DNA of 64,000 nt from Octopus vulgaris (GCA_951406725.2 OX597820.1:17050001-17114000), one strand, 5' to 3'; positions 1 through 14,957 are shown, numbered from the stretch's first letter. Translations and numbers: made by a program. The notes: a model not told the origin generated them from the letters alone.

Positions 1-389
1 TTTCCTTCCTTAGTATTCCACCAAGTCATTTTCCATGACTGGAAAACTCCTTGACGGACAGGTCCCATTCAGTAAACCTTCCAATGAGTTCAAGTAAAAT
101 TATTAGTGAAATGATTACAAACATTATATACCGGAAATATACAAACACACATTGGAACCAAAATAGAAAAAAATGTTCTTGGAAAAATGTAAACAAAACA
201 TTTCACTTTAGACATGTATAATGTTGTATGCTGATATTATCAACAGATTTTAACTAACTTTTCTTTTCAAGGATAATCCTGTTAATATTTATTTCAGAAA
301 GAACCATTCCCAAGCTCTTATGTTGGAATAGGGAACACATATTGCATTGTTAACTTTGTTATATTTCCTTCATTACAATATACATATAT

Positions 390-670
390 TACGGAGATGT
401 ACTTGCATAGCAAGTGATTTGATCTGAGATCATGTGCTGAAACGAAAACAATTGCAGCGTGGAAGTTGTTTGTAAGCCATTTAAGAAACACACAAAAGCC
501 GTTCGATTTACTTCAACATTTAAGTTTGGTTTGTCAAAATATTTTCGTCGCTTTAAGACCGCGACCTGTTCACTGACAAAAATCCGTGCTGCAGCACGGA
601 TATTTGTGTTTCTTAAACGGCTTTTGTGTGTTTCTTAAATGGCTTACAAACACCTTCCACGCTGCAATTG

Positions 671-672
<2 letters not shown>
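390..672 (-). mobile_element. PLE-type non-autonomous fold-back element with HHR-like motif
   Basis: Inverted arms 447-503 and 616-672 (1 mismatch); perfect hairpin ATCCGTGCTGCAGCACGGAT at 582-601; ends in (TA)n. Confidence 0.6.
530..580 (-). ncRNA. Type I hammerhead-like motif with G3-C8 swapped core
   Basis: Minus strand TTTGTCA|GTGAACA|G|GTCGC-ggtcttaaa-GCGAC|GAAAA-ta-TTT|TGACAAA: 7-bp stem I, 5-bp stem II, palindromic stem III. Confidence 0.6.
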
Positions 673-726
<54 letters not shown>

Positions 727-728
<2 letters not shown>

Positions 729-866
729 GTCCGACGGACGGGAACGTGAAACTTTGAGTAACAGCTTTTGTTATATTTCTGGTGCTTTTAAATAAAACAT
801 ATTACTCTACCTCTGGTATTTGAGTACTCTTTTTTCCACCTTGTTTCACATTTATGTGCTTACTCC

Positions 867-868
<2 letters not shown>
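727..868 (+). mobile_element. Short HHR-bearing repeat between (TA)n tracts, degenerate core
   Basis: CTGT|CCGACGG|ACG-ggaa-CGT|GAAAC-tttga-GTA|ACAG at 727-764; a sister copy at 15473-15620 has the canonical CTGATGA. Confidence 0.55.
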
Positions 869-935
<67 letters not shown>

Positions 936-1005
936 TGTACATGTATGTGAGTATGGTGAACACAGAAGCCACGAGAGCCACTGCCTGGTACTGCATCGGT
1001 GCATT

Positions 1006-1019
1006 TATTATTATTAATA

Positions 1020-1081
<62 letters not shown>

Positions 1082-1084
1082 GTT

Positions 1085-1120
<36 letters not shown>

Positions 1121-1181
1121 ATTATTATTATTATTATTATTATCATTATTATCATCATTATTATTATTATTATTATTATTA
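1006..1181. repeat. (ATT)n/(GTT)n microsatellite
   Basis: Direct inspection. Confidence 0.95.
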
Positions 1182-1474
1182 TATACCATTCATTCAAATG
1201 TATGTCTGTGAATACGTGTTTAAAACTAAACTGTTAAAGAGCTTCGGGTGTGAAGAGATGATAAATTGAAAATTCTATATTCGCAAATTGCAAAGTATTA
1301 ATGATGAAAACATTTCACGAATAATCCAATTAGGAATAAGTGTCTGTTGAATTAAACAAACAACATATGTATATACAAATAGTTCTTAATGTATATCGTT
1401 CAATATAACTTTATATTACGAAAACTCAAAGCGTTCAGAACTTCATTACCGAGCGTATTATAATGTAATGCAAG

Positions 1475-1505
<31 letters not shown>

Positions 1506-1600
1506 CATGTCTGTAACCTTACGTTTATGTAAAGTGTGTATAACATAGCTTTCATAGACTTAAAATATATATAGAAGTGGAAATAATATAATGAGGGAAA

Positions 1601-1681
<81 letters not shown>

Positions 1682-1684
1682 CCC

Positions 1685-1745
<61 letters not shown>

Positions 1746-1789
1746 ATATATGTATGTATTTGCACATACAGTCACACATCTACGATTTA

Positions 1790-1826
<37 letters not shown>

Positions 1827-1870
1827 TAATATATATATATATGTATATATATATATGTGTGTGTGTGTCT
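1601..1870. repeat. (TATC)n/(TA)n compound microsatellite
   Basis: Direct inspection. Confidence 0.95.
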
Positions 1871-2809
1871 TAGTCGTTTCCAATATATTGATTGTTTCAA
1901 GTTAATAAACGTAAAGTTGTAGTAGTAGTAGTAGTGATAGTAGTAGTAGTAGCAGCAGCAGCAGTATTTATGTTTTGTTGTTGCTATTGTTGCGACGTTA
2001 GTTGTGACTTATTAGTGATTCTGTACCAGTCTGTGTGTATGCATGTGTGTCTAAAACCTATCAGTTGCCGGCTGTCTATAAATTTGTTTTGAAAATTCAC
2101 ACACGCACACTCACAAATACAGACACATACGGATACATATAATATATATATATATATATATGTGTGTATATATCCATACATATAAAGGTGCGAAATTGAA
2201 CAGTAGCATTGGCCGATAACTGATGAAGAATTATGAACTTTTTCTTTGTCACCCGTTCGTTTCTCCATTCAGTATACGTTTCGTCGTCTGTGTATACATT
2301 TTCTTCATTTATCAAGTAACGGAACGGAACGCACACCGAATTTGTATTAACAAGTAAGTTTTTTAAAAAAAAATCAGGAAGAGAAGAAAATTCTCTCCCA
2401 ACATGAACCAGGGAGAATGCCTGGTGCATCTGGCTTTCAATAAGACATATCACGTTATTTTCAAAACAATACAATGGTCAGCGCTTATAATACAATGGAT
2501 AAGGACTTACTTTTGTGGCCCAATCTAGGAAGCAGATCATTAGAGATTTAATACACTATGGTTTCTTATAGAGGCAAATAATTAAATAGTTGCGAACATT
2601 TAAACGCTAAACTGTTGCAGGATGTATTTCTCTGATAAATTGATTGGACTGCGACTCTACTGGAACTGTTTTTCAGTGTTTTAGTTGATTATATCGACCC
2701 CAGTGTTGTCTTGTACTCAGTTTCCATTCCTTATTAAAGGAGAAGGAAAGTTCACGTTTGGAATTTATATTCAATAGACGGTTTTTCAACCGCATGTCCC
2801 CTCATCTGT

Positions 2810-2812
2810 ATG

Positions 2813-2898
<86 letters not shown>

Positions 2899-2899
2899 C

Positions 2900-2980
<81 letters not shown>

Positions 2981-3225
2981 AATACAGAAGACAAACACAA
3001 ACACTCACACACTCACACGTATAGATATATATATATATGTATATATGCATATATATATACATTTATGTTTATATATATTATATATATGTATATATATGTA
3101 TGTATATGCATGTATGTATGTATGTATGTATGTATGTATGTATGTATGTATGTATGTTTGAATATGTATATATGTGTGTGTGTGCGTGTGTGTGCGTGTG
3201 TGTATGTATGTATGTATGTATGTAT
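2810..3225. repeat. (TATC)n/(TATG)n compound microsatellite
   Basis: Direct inspection. Confidence 0.95.
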
Positions 3226-3671
3226 AACTGAGCACCATTGCCTTTGTTCAAGAAGCTGCGTGTATGTAGCGCAGCGGCGGTGCTGATTTCTGACTTAGGT
3301 TATCTGTTTTGTGAAAGACTCAGAGATTTTGTAATTATTTTTCTTACCTGACAGATCAGGCGTTGGTTGCTAGAAAGCCAGAGTTGCGAGCGACACACAG
3401 ACTTAATTAAAATAAAGTATCTGGTATTTTTCATTCTCTGAGGGTGGTTTTTTCTTTTTATTCCAAGCATTTCATCAAGGCTTTCATCTTCTAATAGACA
3501 ACAAGGTGTCTTGAAGAAATGATAATCATAATATAATTAGTTCCCCCTGCTCAGTTGAATATGGCACCTAACTTGGAGTGTATAGATGTCATCATTTATC
3601 TTAATTTCAAACCTTGTTTCAATGTCAGCTATATAGTTGCCGCGTGTCGGTAATAACAGAGGGTTTTTTTT

Positions 3672-3905
3672 AAGGCGGCGAGCTGGCAGAAACGTTAGCA
3701 GGCCGGGCGAAATGTGTAGCCGTATTTCGTCTCCCGTTACGTTCTGAGTTCAAATTCCGCCAAGGTCGACTTTGTCTTTCATCCTTTCGGGGTCGATTAA
3801 ATAAGTACCAGTTACGCACTGGGGTCGATATAATCGACTTAATCCGTTTGTCTGTCCTTGTTTCTCCCCTCTGTGTTTAGCCCCTTGTGGGTAGTAAAGA
3901 AATAG
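3672..3905 (+). mobile_element. tRNA-derived SINE family A (MetaSINE-like central domain)
   Basis: Head GGCGGCGAGCTGGCAGAAACGTTAG, B-box GAGTTCAAATTCC, core GTCGACTTTG-CTTTCATCCTTTCGGGGTCGAT-AAGTACCAG; more than 20 related copies or fragments in the window. Confidence 0.85.
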
Positions 3906-4586
3906 GTAATAACAGAGGTTTGTATTTTTGTTGACCTTTTATATTTGGTGGGGAGGCGTCTGGCCTTGTTTTTAAGATGTTGGACTAGTGTTTGAAAGAT
4001 TGTAATTTCAAAGAACACTACGAACAAACCACTAGTGTTCTTTAGCAAAACTCTACATTTCATTTTGCTTCAGTTCACGTAGCTGGTAAAAGTAAGTAGT
4101 CCTGCGACTGACTAGCGTCCTGTCCAAGGGGAATATATACGCCACGGAAAAGGAAACGGAGAAACCGGCCCTTACGAGTCTGGGACTCGAGAAACATGAT
4201 TTACCATTTTTTATTTACTGTTATATTTGAAGACATGGTTGTGTGGTTAAGAAATTCGGTTTGCAATCATGTAGTTGCAGGGTTTCAATTCCACTGCACG
4301 GCAACATGTAACGTTCGCTATAACCACAGATCGGGAGACGATCAAAGAACAGGGGATGAGAAGTAAACATTTACAAACTCTGTAAACGAGCAATTAGAGA
4401 AATAAATACATTTATTTATACATGCATGCACACACGTGTGCATACATATATATACAAACACGCACACACACATTCACAAAACACACACACACACATATGT
4501 GTGTGTATTTACACACACACATTAAATTTACATATAGGGTTGGCCAAAAGTCGCCCGACAGTGAATCAAAATTCCATAAATACTTT

Positions 4587-5213
<627 letters not shown>

Positions 5214-5223
5214 TATATATATA

Positions 5224-5342
<119 letters not shown>

Positions 5343-5629
5343 TAATAATATAGGGTGAAATTAATTAATTTGGAATAATCATTAATTTCACCAAGTAGAT
5401 TTCGGCATGTAAAAGCCTCACTCGAGGAAAGTTTAAGTAATACTAAGTAATTAAGGGTTTAGCAACGATTTGCCTCACCACACACCGAATTTAGAAATAG
5501 CAGTCAAAGAGTTATAGCTATTCTTTCTACTAGAAGGGAGATCTCAGTAAAACCGCAGCACTTGAAAGGCAAACACAGACAGGCAAGAGAGAAGGAAATG
5601 ACGGCAATCTATCATACAATTTTAAGTCA

Positions 5630-5720
5630 CCTACGGACGTACGTTTCGAAATTAAGTTTTAGGAAAGCATAAGAATTAGATAATTATGACTTACCTAACT
5701 TCTTTTCTCATCAGCGTAGG
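5630..5720 (-). ncRNA. Type I hammerhead ribozyme (antisense twin)
   Basis: Exact reverse complement of 6098-6188. Confidence 0.8.
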
Positions 5721-6097
5721 ACACTACAATTATGAATAATTGTATATTAAATTTCGAGATACTAGAAGGCATCATCTCAACTCAGTATCAGAGCGAGCTA
5801 AAACCGTTACCAGTATCACCAAATTCAAAGTGAATGAAAGTTTGTATCACCAATGATTATTCCAAATTAATTAATTTCACCCTATATTATTACTGATAAC
5901 CATATTTCATCCCAGTAAATGACCGCAGCATCTTGTCTTGGCTACACGCTGGTGGGAAGGGGTTGGTGATACAAACTTTCATTCACATTTTGAATTTGGT
6001 GATACTGGTAACGGTTTTAGCTCGCTCTGATACTGAGTTGAGATGATGCCTTCTAGTATCTCGAAATTTAATATACAATTATTCATAATTGTAGTGT

Positions 6098-6188
6098 CCT
6101 ACGCTGATGAGAAAAGAAGTTAGGTAAGTCATAATTATCTAATTCTTATGCTTTCCTAAAACTTAATTTCGAAACGTACGTCCGTAGG
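6098..6188 (+). ncRNA. Type I hammerhead ribozyme, canonical core
   Basis: CCTACG|CTGATGA|GAAA...TTTC|GAAAC-gtac-GTC|CGTAGG; predicted cleavage 3' of C6182. Confidence 0.8.
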
Positions 6189-6355
6189 TGACTTAAAATT
6201 GTATGATAGATTGCCGTCATTTCCTTCTCTCTTGCCTGTCTGTGTTTGCCTTTCAAGTGCTGCGGTTTTACTGAGATCTCCCTTTTAGTAGAAAGAATAG
6301 CTATAACTCTTTGACTGCTATTTCTAAATTCGGTGTGTGGTGAGGCAAATCGTTG

Positions 6356-6410
<55 letters not shown>

Positions 6411-6646
6411 CAGTGTTTGCCAAAAGTCACCCGATAGTAAATCAAAATTCCATAACTACTTGATATTCAATTTTATTCATTCATTTCAATTATGAATGTT
6501 TAATAATTTAATGCTGTAAATTAAAATCGTTTTTTTTTCAACATTTGTCTATTTATTAACGAAGATTCATATGAAATAAATTTTTATTTTAATCTTGGAG
6601 TTAAATAAGTTTTGATTTACTGTCAGGTGAACTTTGGCCTACCCTG
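6411..6646. mobile_element. Tc1/mariner-type MITE
   Basis: Imperfect ~37-bp TIRs (CAGTGTTTGCCAAAAGTCACCCGATAGTAAATCAAAA / TTTTGATTTACTGTCAGGTGAACTTTGGCCTACCCTG); preceded by TA; another TIR copy at ~4535-4580. Confidence 0.65.
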
Positions 6647-7035
6647 TGGCTATGTGGTAAGTAGTTTGCTTCCCTACCACATGGCTCCGGGTTCAGTCCC
6701 ACGGAATGGCACCTTGAGCAAGTGTCTTCTACTATAGCCTCGGGCTGAGCAAAGCCTTGTGGGTGGATCTGGTAGACGGAAACTGAAAGAAGCATGCCGT
6801 ATAGATATATGTATATGTGTGTGTTTGTGAGTGTCTGTATTTTTCCCTCCACCATCACTTGACAACCGATGTTGGTGTGTTTACGTCCCCGTACCTTAGT
6901 CGTTCGGCAAAAGAGACCGATAGAATAAGTACTAAGCTTACAAAGAATAAGTCCTGGGGTCGATTTGTTCGACTAAAGGCGGTGCTCCAGCATGGCCACA
7001 GTCAAATGACTGAAACAAATAAAAGAGTAAAAGAA
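6645..7035 (+). mobile_element. tRNA-derived SINE family B (CORE-SINE-like)
   Basis: GTGGCT-TGTGGTAAG head, GGTTCAGTCCC B-box, CACCTTG-GCAAGTGTCTT core-like segment, AAAAGAGT tail. Confidence 0.85.
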
Positions 7036-7841
7036 TATATACATATACACTTATAAAATATATATATGAGTTGTAATAATGAATTCAAAACGAAAAATAA
7101 TACTTTGAAATCATTTCAGGTCCGCATAATATATATCTCTGTGTGCGTCTTTGTATTCGTGTCTCCTACAAAAAGAAAAAGAAGAAAAAGGAATAAAAAA
7201 CTCCCTTGAGAACCGGTATTAGGTTTTATATGTCCCCTTAACATACATGTTGAGCATGAAAGACCAATAAAATAAGTATTAAATTCTTTAAGAAATAACA
7301 ACTAAACACTTCAAGGTATGACTGCCATCCAAAGACTGAAACCGGTAAAGGGTAAATGCTACACTTTGTTCCCATTAATTCTACAAATAACGTGAAATCT
7401 ACATTCAACAAAGCATCATTTCAGTCGTATAATTTCACCCCTGCCCTCCAAAAACATCGAAACAAAACAAAATCACTCAACTCTTAATGACATTATAATG
7501 AAACTCTCCATTGAATAGGTTTATTTAAGAGAAGCTTTTTACGTAGGGGAATGATATTTTCCTTTCGGTTTCAAAAGAGGGGAAAAAAATTGACAGCCGA
7601 ACTTAATGAGACACGAACACCACACGCACGCGCAGGCACGCATACACACACACATACACACACACATGCGCACATCAACGCACATACGCATATAGGCACT
7701 CACTCACTCACTCACTCACTCACTCACTCACTCTCACACACACAACTCACACCTAGAGAGATACGAGTGTACATGTGGATGTGTGGATGTACGTATATAT
7801 ATATATATAAGCATACACAGACATACACATATTTATATATG

Positions 7842-7894
<53 letters not shown>

Positions 7895-7966
7895 GTAAAA
7901 TAAATAAATATATATATATATATAAATGTAATTATATATTTATATATATATATAAATGTAATTATA

Positions 7967-8014
<48 letters not shown>

Positions 8015-8164
8015 TATTAAATTTAATTATATATATATGTATGTGTCTGTGTATGTGTGTAAATATATGTATGTATATATAGGCATACATATATAAATGT
8101 AATATATATGTAAATGTATGTATATGTATATATGTATATATAAATATATACATATATAAATGTA

Positions 8165-8202
<38 letters not shown>

Positions 8203-8226
8203 TTGTGTATGTATGTATATATATAT

Positions 8227-8298
<72 letters not shown>

Positions 8299-8599
8299 CG
8301 CATCAAGACACATACATGCGCTTGTAAGTGTGCATCTGCAGTTTAGAAGAGGAAAAGTCATTAAAATATTTTCCAATGCACTTTTCGTTCAATTTTTTTT
8401 TATATCCCGTGCACTTGATGCTCTTTTACACGTCAACAAAACAAGGTTCATAAACAATAAACAACAGCAACAGCAGCAACAACAATAACAACAATTACAA
8501 CAATAACAAGAACAGCAGCAGCAGAAGATAGAATCTGAAGCAGAAAAAGAACAACTAATGGAAATGTGAAATGAATATATGTTGTTGGCCACAAAAAAT

Positions 8600-8649
<50 letters not shown>

Positions 8650-8688
8650 GGTGCCCCAGCATGGCCACAGGTTGTGAGCTGAAACTAG

Positions 8689-8732
<44 letters not shown>

Positions 8733-8735
8733 GTA

Positions 8736-8813
<78 letters not shown>

Positions 8814-9574
8814 ACAATAAGAAATGAAAAAATAGTCGAGTAAATAATTATGATATAGCTAAATATATATATATATTTAAAGATAATATGCGTAAAACAA
8901 AAATTACTACAAAATATTCTACTGTGATTCCTACATTCGTTATCGGGAAATCAGATCTAATTCACCAAAATAAAATTTTGAAATAAATTCTGTTTAATTG
9001 TTTGTTTCCCATTTACCAAACTGTACACACACACACATACAAACACATACACACAAGCACACACAGACGCACACGCGTTTATATATTTACAGACATACAT
9101 ATGTATTTATACGTGTGTGTCTGCATGTATAAATAAATATATTTATTTGTCTAATTGCTCGTTTCTATAGTTTGTCAATGCTTCCTTCTCTTGCCATGTT
9201 TCTTTTGATCATCTCCCAAACTGAAATAATTCTTAAAGAGTGCTTCAATGTGTGCGATGAAGGTGCCTGACCTTGCGGTTATGGCGTTGTACTTACAATC
9301 CGTACCGTCGTGGTTTCGAATTCTCGACTCAGGCTTGCCTTGTTTTCTTGAGCGAAACACTTCCTTTCATGTTGACCCAGTTTCAACTACTGTCAGTGTG
9401 TTTCATTAATATCTGGGGAGTTAACTCTGTAGTGGACTGGCGTCTTATTCAGGAGAAAGAGGGTTGTCATCTAAGTCATAGAAATTTAGTTAAGATCTAT
9501 CTTAAGAGTTCTAAGGCTTATGATGGAGCTAAATCCAAATAAGTTAATATGTCTGAAATCAAATCTAAAAACAA

Positions 9575-10420
9575 TATTGGTTTTATATTTTGACACAAGG
9601 CCAGCAATTTCGGGTGTTTAGGGTAAGTCGATTACATCGATCCCAAGGCTCAACTTGTACAGAGTACATATTTTATTGACATCGAAAGGATGATAGGCAA
9701 AGCTGACTTAGGTGGAATTTGAACTCAGAATGTAAAGAAGGACGAAATGCTGTTAAGCATTTTTTCGCGGCGTGCTAACGGTTCTGCCAACTCAGTGCCT
9801 TATAGATTGCAAATTTTGGCGCAAGGCCAGCAATTTCTGGGAAACGAAGAAGTGCTCAATTGGTATTTAATTTATCGACCCCGAAAGGATGAAAGGCAGA
9901 GTCGACCTCAGCGGAATTTGAACTCAGGAAGTAAATTTGTCGAAATGCCGCTAAATATTTTGCACGGCGTGCTAACGATTCCGCCGGATCAACGCCTTAA
10001 AGTTTAAAATAATATACTTTTCTACTTTAGGCACAAGGCCCAAAATTTTTGGGGGAGGGAGCCAGTCGATTAGATCGACCTCAGTACGCAACTGGTACTT
10101 AATTTATCGACCCCGAATTTGAACTCAGAACGTAATGACAAACGAAATACTGCGAAGCATTTTGCCCGACGTGCTAACGATTCTTATTTCTTTACTGCCC
10201 ACAACGGGCTAAACACAGAGGGGACAAACACGGACAGACAAAGGGATTAAGTCGATTAGATCGACCCCAGTGCGTAACTGGTACTTAATTTATCGGCCCC
10301 GAAAGGATGGAAGGTAAAGTCGACCTCGGCGGAATTTGAACACAGAACGTAGCGGCAGACGAAATACCTCTAAGCGATTCGCCCGGCGTGCTAACATTTC
10401 TGCCAGCTCGCCGCTTTAAA
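9575..10420 (-). mobile_element. Cluster of SINE family A copies and fragments
   Basis: Repeated GAAAGGATGAAAGGCAAAGTCGACCTCGGCGGAATTTGAACTCAG-like blocks. Confidence 0.85.
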
Positions 10421-10769
10421 GCTTAAAATAATATTAAGATAAATAACGTAAATGTGGAATGATAACAGCCCAAAGCACTAAAGTTTCATGTACATCGGTA
10501 CAAAGACACGAGTAGGTGAAGGGATAAGTTGTACATTTAGGAATAGTTCCCTCCACAAAAAAGAAGATATTTGCGATTCATTTGTCCTTTATCTTTTACA
10601 TGCACAAAAGGGCAACGTTTGTCAAGTGGTTGGGATGGGTGATAAATATAGACGAAGACACACACACACACACACACACACATATGTACACATATTTTCT
10701 TGTTTGCATCAGAAAACCTATATATAATATATAGTATGTAATATATGTATATGTATGTATGTATGTATG

Positions 10770-10840
<71 letters not shown>

Positions 10841-10920
10841 ATGTATGTATGTAAATATATGTATATATATGTTTGTATATATGTATATCTTTACATATGT
10901 GTGTGTGTGTGTGCGTGCGT

Positions 10921-10966
<46 letters not shown>

Positions 10967-11658
10967 CCATATACATAGATACATACACACGCATACATAT
11001 ATGTATCTATATATACAGGATGCGAGGGGCATTTGAGTAGACTATATCTATACATACATATATGTACATATATATATATATATATATGTGTGTGTGCATG
11101 TATGTACATTCGTGTATATACAAACACATGTATATAAGCATGTTTATTTACATGTAGATACATATGTGTTTGTGTGTATAGACTCATATAAATAAATACA
11201 CACACACACATGGGCGCTTGCGTGTGCCTGAGTGCGTGTGTAAGCGCGTTGTAGATAAACAGGCCATTAATTAGCAGATAAAAGTGCGTTGTTAAACGTG
11301 TTTCCAGTTTGTAGAAAGACAAGGATGTAAATTGGCCAACGAGGTTTAAGAGGATGTGATTATGGATGCGGAATGTATCTATGTAAAGCAAGTAACAAGA
11401 ATTTATCGAAAAGTACAGTCGAACAGAAATGCAAAGTTATATTATGAGGAATTCAAGCAGTAAAGATTTAAAAGGATATCACGTATGCATTCATAATTAA
11501 TGAATGTTACAGTTGAATTATAGAAGAGCGCTTTATGTGGAGAGGAGAGGATACAATGATAAATTTACCGAATTCATGGGTGACTTGAAATGAAATAGAA
11601 ACGTAAAGGCTTTAGAATTATAAAGCCTCATATCAGTGTAGTTGAATAAAGAGCAGAA

Positions 11659-11714
<56 letters not shown>

Positions 11715-11715
11715 A

Positions 11716-11990
11716 AATAGTAAAAAGTGAAAAAACTACAGAAGGCTTGTTTTAAAAGGTTAAAAAATATATTTGAGTCGTTATGTCAGAAGGATGTTAT
11801 AAAATCTTTTCATACAGTGACATAGTTTTTTGAAGAAATTACCGGTTTCGTGTTAACTTTTCAAATTTCTCAAAACATCCTGTTATGTCTTCGTTATGAA
11901 GTGTAAAGAAGAGTTCCAGGTAAGGGGAGGTAATAAGTGATTTCTTCCGGTGTAAGGGAGATAATCGCTTTATATTTCTTGTCCCTTTTA
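11716..11990 (-). mobile_element. 3' UTR/pseudo-LTR of a Penelope-like element
   Basis: Directly downstream of the GIY-YIG remnant; contains GAAACCGGTA (stem III-like) on minus; homologous to fold-back 31623-31870. Confidence 0.6.
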
Positions 11991-11991
11991 T

Positions 11992-12437
11992 TTAATGGGG
12001 TGAGTTTCTCTGTATAAGAATGTTAGAGTGGTTAAGTTTGGGCTTATATTTTTCAATGAAGAATGTTTCCTTGTTTAGTCTAATTTGTGTTGGTGTTCCA
12101 ATAGCACATTGATAAAATGGAATGATTAAAAATTGTGGTAGTAGTTGCTTTGCGCATTTCTCAATATGTTCACTAAAGGGTATCATTCTGTATTCTGGGA
12201 ATGCAATCTGTTGTCGATGCAGTGTGCATCTACGTCTGAGTGATAGTCCCGTAGACACCACGTTGTTTTGGTGGCAGTCCAAGCATCTTATGACATAAAT
12301 TATGTTTTCAGAAGCACAAGTAAAATTAGATTTGATCTTTAATTTTTAGTCCCTCTTTGAAGAGGAATTCTGATCGTTCTAGAAGGTTTGGGCATGTTGC
12401 GCAGTTTGGTCTACCACATTTTTTTAACTTTTGCATC
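11992..12437 (-). pseudogene. Penelope-like retroelement C-terminus: Cys-rich linker plus GIY-YIG endonuclease (frameshifted)
   Basis: KKCGRPNCATCPNL...(frameshift)...SNFTCASENIIYVIRCLDC...LRRRCTLHRQQI...HIEKC...RLNKETFFIEKYKPKLN matches the PLE GIY-YIG pattern. Confidence 0.85.
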
Positions 12438-12859
12438 CGTGCCGCTTAAACTGCTGAGAAGCGTAGAAGGACCTGAAATTAAAACAAGCACTGTGGGCAT
12501 TACTTCTCTCTTTCTAACTCCTTTTTTTCTGACTGTTTTTTTCTCTCTTTCTGGAAGAAATCAGGTGTGGCCAGGTCTAGGAAAGGATGGGTTCCGCCAC
12601 TTCTCAAATACCCACCGTGACTCACCTTATATCTCAAGATATCCCTACGATTCCCCTACCAACGGGTAAAATGCCTATCACATTATATTGTCTCAACTAA
12701 AAGTGGAAATATCCGCTATACTGATCCAATACCAAATTCAAACACACACACACATAACTTCAATTTCTATTGCAGTATCTTCAACATGCAATAGGTTCCT
12801 CATATTGATCACTCTGATTTTCTTTAGCTTATTTGTGTTGTGTTGTTGTTATGGTGGTT

Positions 12860-13070
12860 CTTCTTCTTCTCCTCTTCCTCCTCCTCCTCCTTCTTCTTCT
12901 TCTTCTTCTTCTTCTTCTTCTTCTTCTTCTTCGTTTTCTTCTTTTCTTCTTCTTTTTCCTCCTCCTCCTCCTCCCTCCTCCTCCCCCTCCTTATTTTTCC
13001 TCCTCTTCCTCCTCCTCCCCCTTCTTCTTCTTCTTCTTCTTCTTCTTCTTCTTCTTCTTCTTCTTCTTCA
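12860..13070. repeat. (CTT)n/(CCT)n polypyrimidine microsatellite
   Basis: Direct inspection. Confidence 0.95.
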
Positions 13071-13379
13071 GTTGCGTTTTCCGTTTAAAAATAGATCCTT
13101 TGATTTCGGTCTAAAACAAAAGTCCACGACTGACTGCAGTACGAAAGGCCGCAACAAAAACAGATAAGCTCGGATCATCGAACCGTTCGATATTGAATAA
13201 AAATTATGTTTTTGAAGTCTAATTGTATGTTAGGAGTAACGGAGAATCTTGTTTCGGAGGGAAAAAAAATGTCACCTTTTTCCCCCAAATTCTTTAATCA
13301 CCATCTTGCTTATTTCTTCGGTAAAAAAGATTTATTGCAATGCTTTGAGTTATATATTTGAAGTTTTATCTTTGCAACA

Positions 13380-14072
13380 TACGCTCACACACATACGTAC
13401 ACAGTAACACACACACACACACACACACGCAAGTGAGCTCACACACGCAAGCGCACTCACACATGTACGCGCACTCAGATTTGTACGCGTGCTCACACCA
13501 GAACGAGCGCCGACAACGTACGCGTGCTCACACACACGCAGATGGACATGCATACACACATACGCACACACACACCGGCAAAAATATACGCACGCACACG
13601 GACATATACACATACGTACACACTCTCATACACGTACATACAGTCGCACAAACGTATGCAGATACGTGTGTACGCGCATACACACACACACACACATGTA
13701 CACAAATACACACATCACATACACGCACGCATACACTCGCACACACGCATACAGCTCGGAACACGTGCACACACATACCCAGACGCGCGCACACTCACAC
13801 ACACAAGCACACTCACGCACACATGCACACTCACACACACGCACACACACGTACACATTCACACGAAATCACACACAGACACAGACACACATATACACGC
13901 ATACCCACACTCTGAGACACCCTCGCATACACGCAGTCATGCGAACACATCCGCAGATGCATGCACTCACAGATGCACACACACACACACACACACACAC
14001 GCATGCACACACACACACACACACATACACATGCCTGCGTGCATATAGACGCACACGACGCACACACACACA
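13380..14072. repeat. Long degenerate (CA)n/(CACG) purine-pyrimidine alternating tract
   Basis: Direct inspection. Confidence 0.9.
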
Positions 14073-14719
14073 TCAATAAAAAGCTGACGTTAGCTTCTAT
14101 TGGTTTCGAATTTCGACAAAATAAAATTAGGAAAATAAAATAACAAATTGACAAAAGAAAAAAAAACTGCAAAAAAAAAAAAGAAATACCAAAGCAAAAA
14201 CACAAAAGCAAAAAAGAAAAAAAGAAAAAAGAAAAAAAACCAACTGAAGACTCCGCTCCTACTATTTTGGCTTGAACTAATCTATTTTCATTTTCCAATT
14301 TCCGTTTGTTTAAATAATCGTTTTTACCTGTAGAGTGGATTAAAGAAATAAACTGTAATTCGAGATTATTCATTCATCAAAAAAAAAAAAAAATGTATAA
14401 AAAGTCATCAAAAAACGAACAAAAAAAAAAGAACATGATAAATACGGATTAAAGTTCTCTATGGAATAAAATGATAAAATAAATAAATAAATAAATAAAT
14501 CTTAGAACAGAAAGGAAAAAAATTCAAACATACTTCTACATAGTGACCATCACGCCTGATTGTTTTTGTTTGTTTTCGGAATGTGTGTGTGTGTGTGTGT
14601 GTGGACAGAAGTGTTGTTAGCCTTTTGTCTTTTATCTGTATGAAGTATGATACACAGGACGTATATCCCGATCATCCATGCACCGTATATTGATTTATCG
14701 ATTTCAAACGTTCAGAACG

Positions 14720-14957
14720 AGAGAGCTGAAAACTCTGATGGCCCTCTGGAGTACATATGTTCTCAGACGGTTACACTACTGCTTCCAACTATGGCCACCA
14801 AACAGAATAAAATTAACGGCGAAACTCGAAGCAATACGTCGAAGCTACACAAAGAAAAAATTGCCTCAATACAACGTGTCAGCTTTTGGTAAAGGCTGAG
14901 AAAGTAAAGACTTTACTCCTTAGAACGAGGGCGGGAAAGATATGCAGTAATATAACA
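14720..14957 (+). pseudogene. CR1/L2-group LINE ORF2 C-terminal fragment
   Basis: LWSTYVLRRLHYCFQLWPP...LEAIRRSYTKK...LYSLERGRERYAVIY resembles the post-RT region of CR1/L2-type LINEs. Confidence 0.65.

Noticed and set aside
2180-2345. Minus-strand exon (YLINEENVYTDDETYTEWRNERV)
   Set aside because: No recognisable homology or clear splice sites
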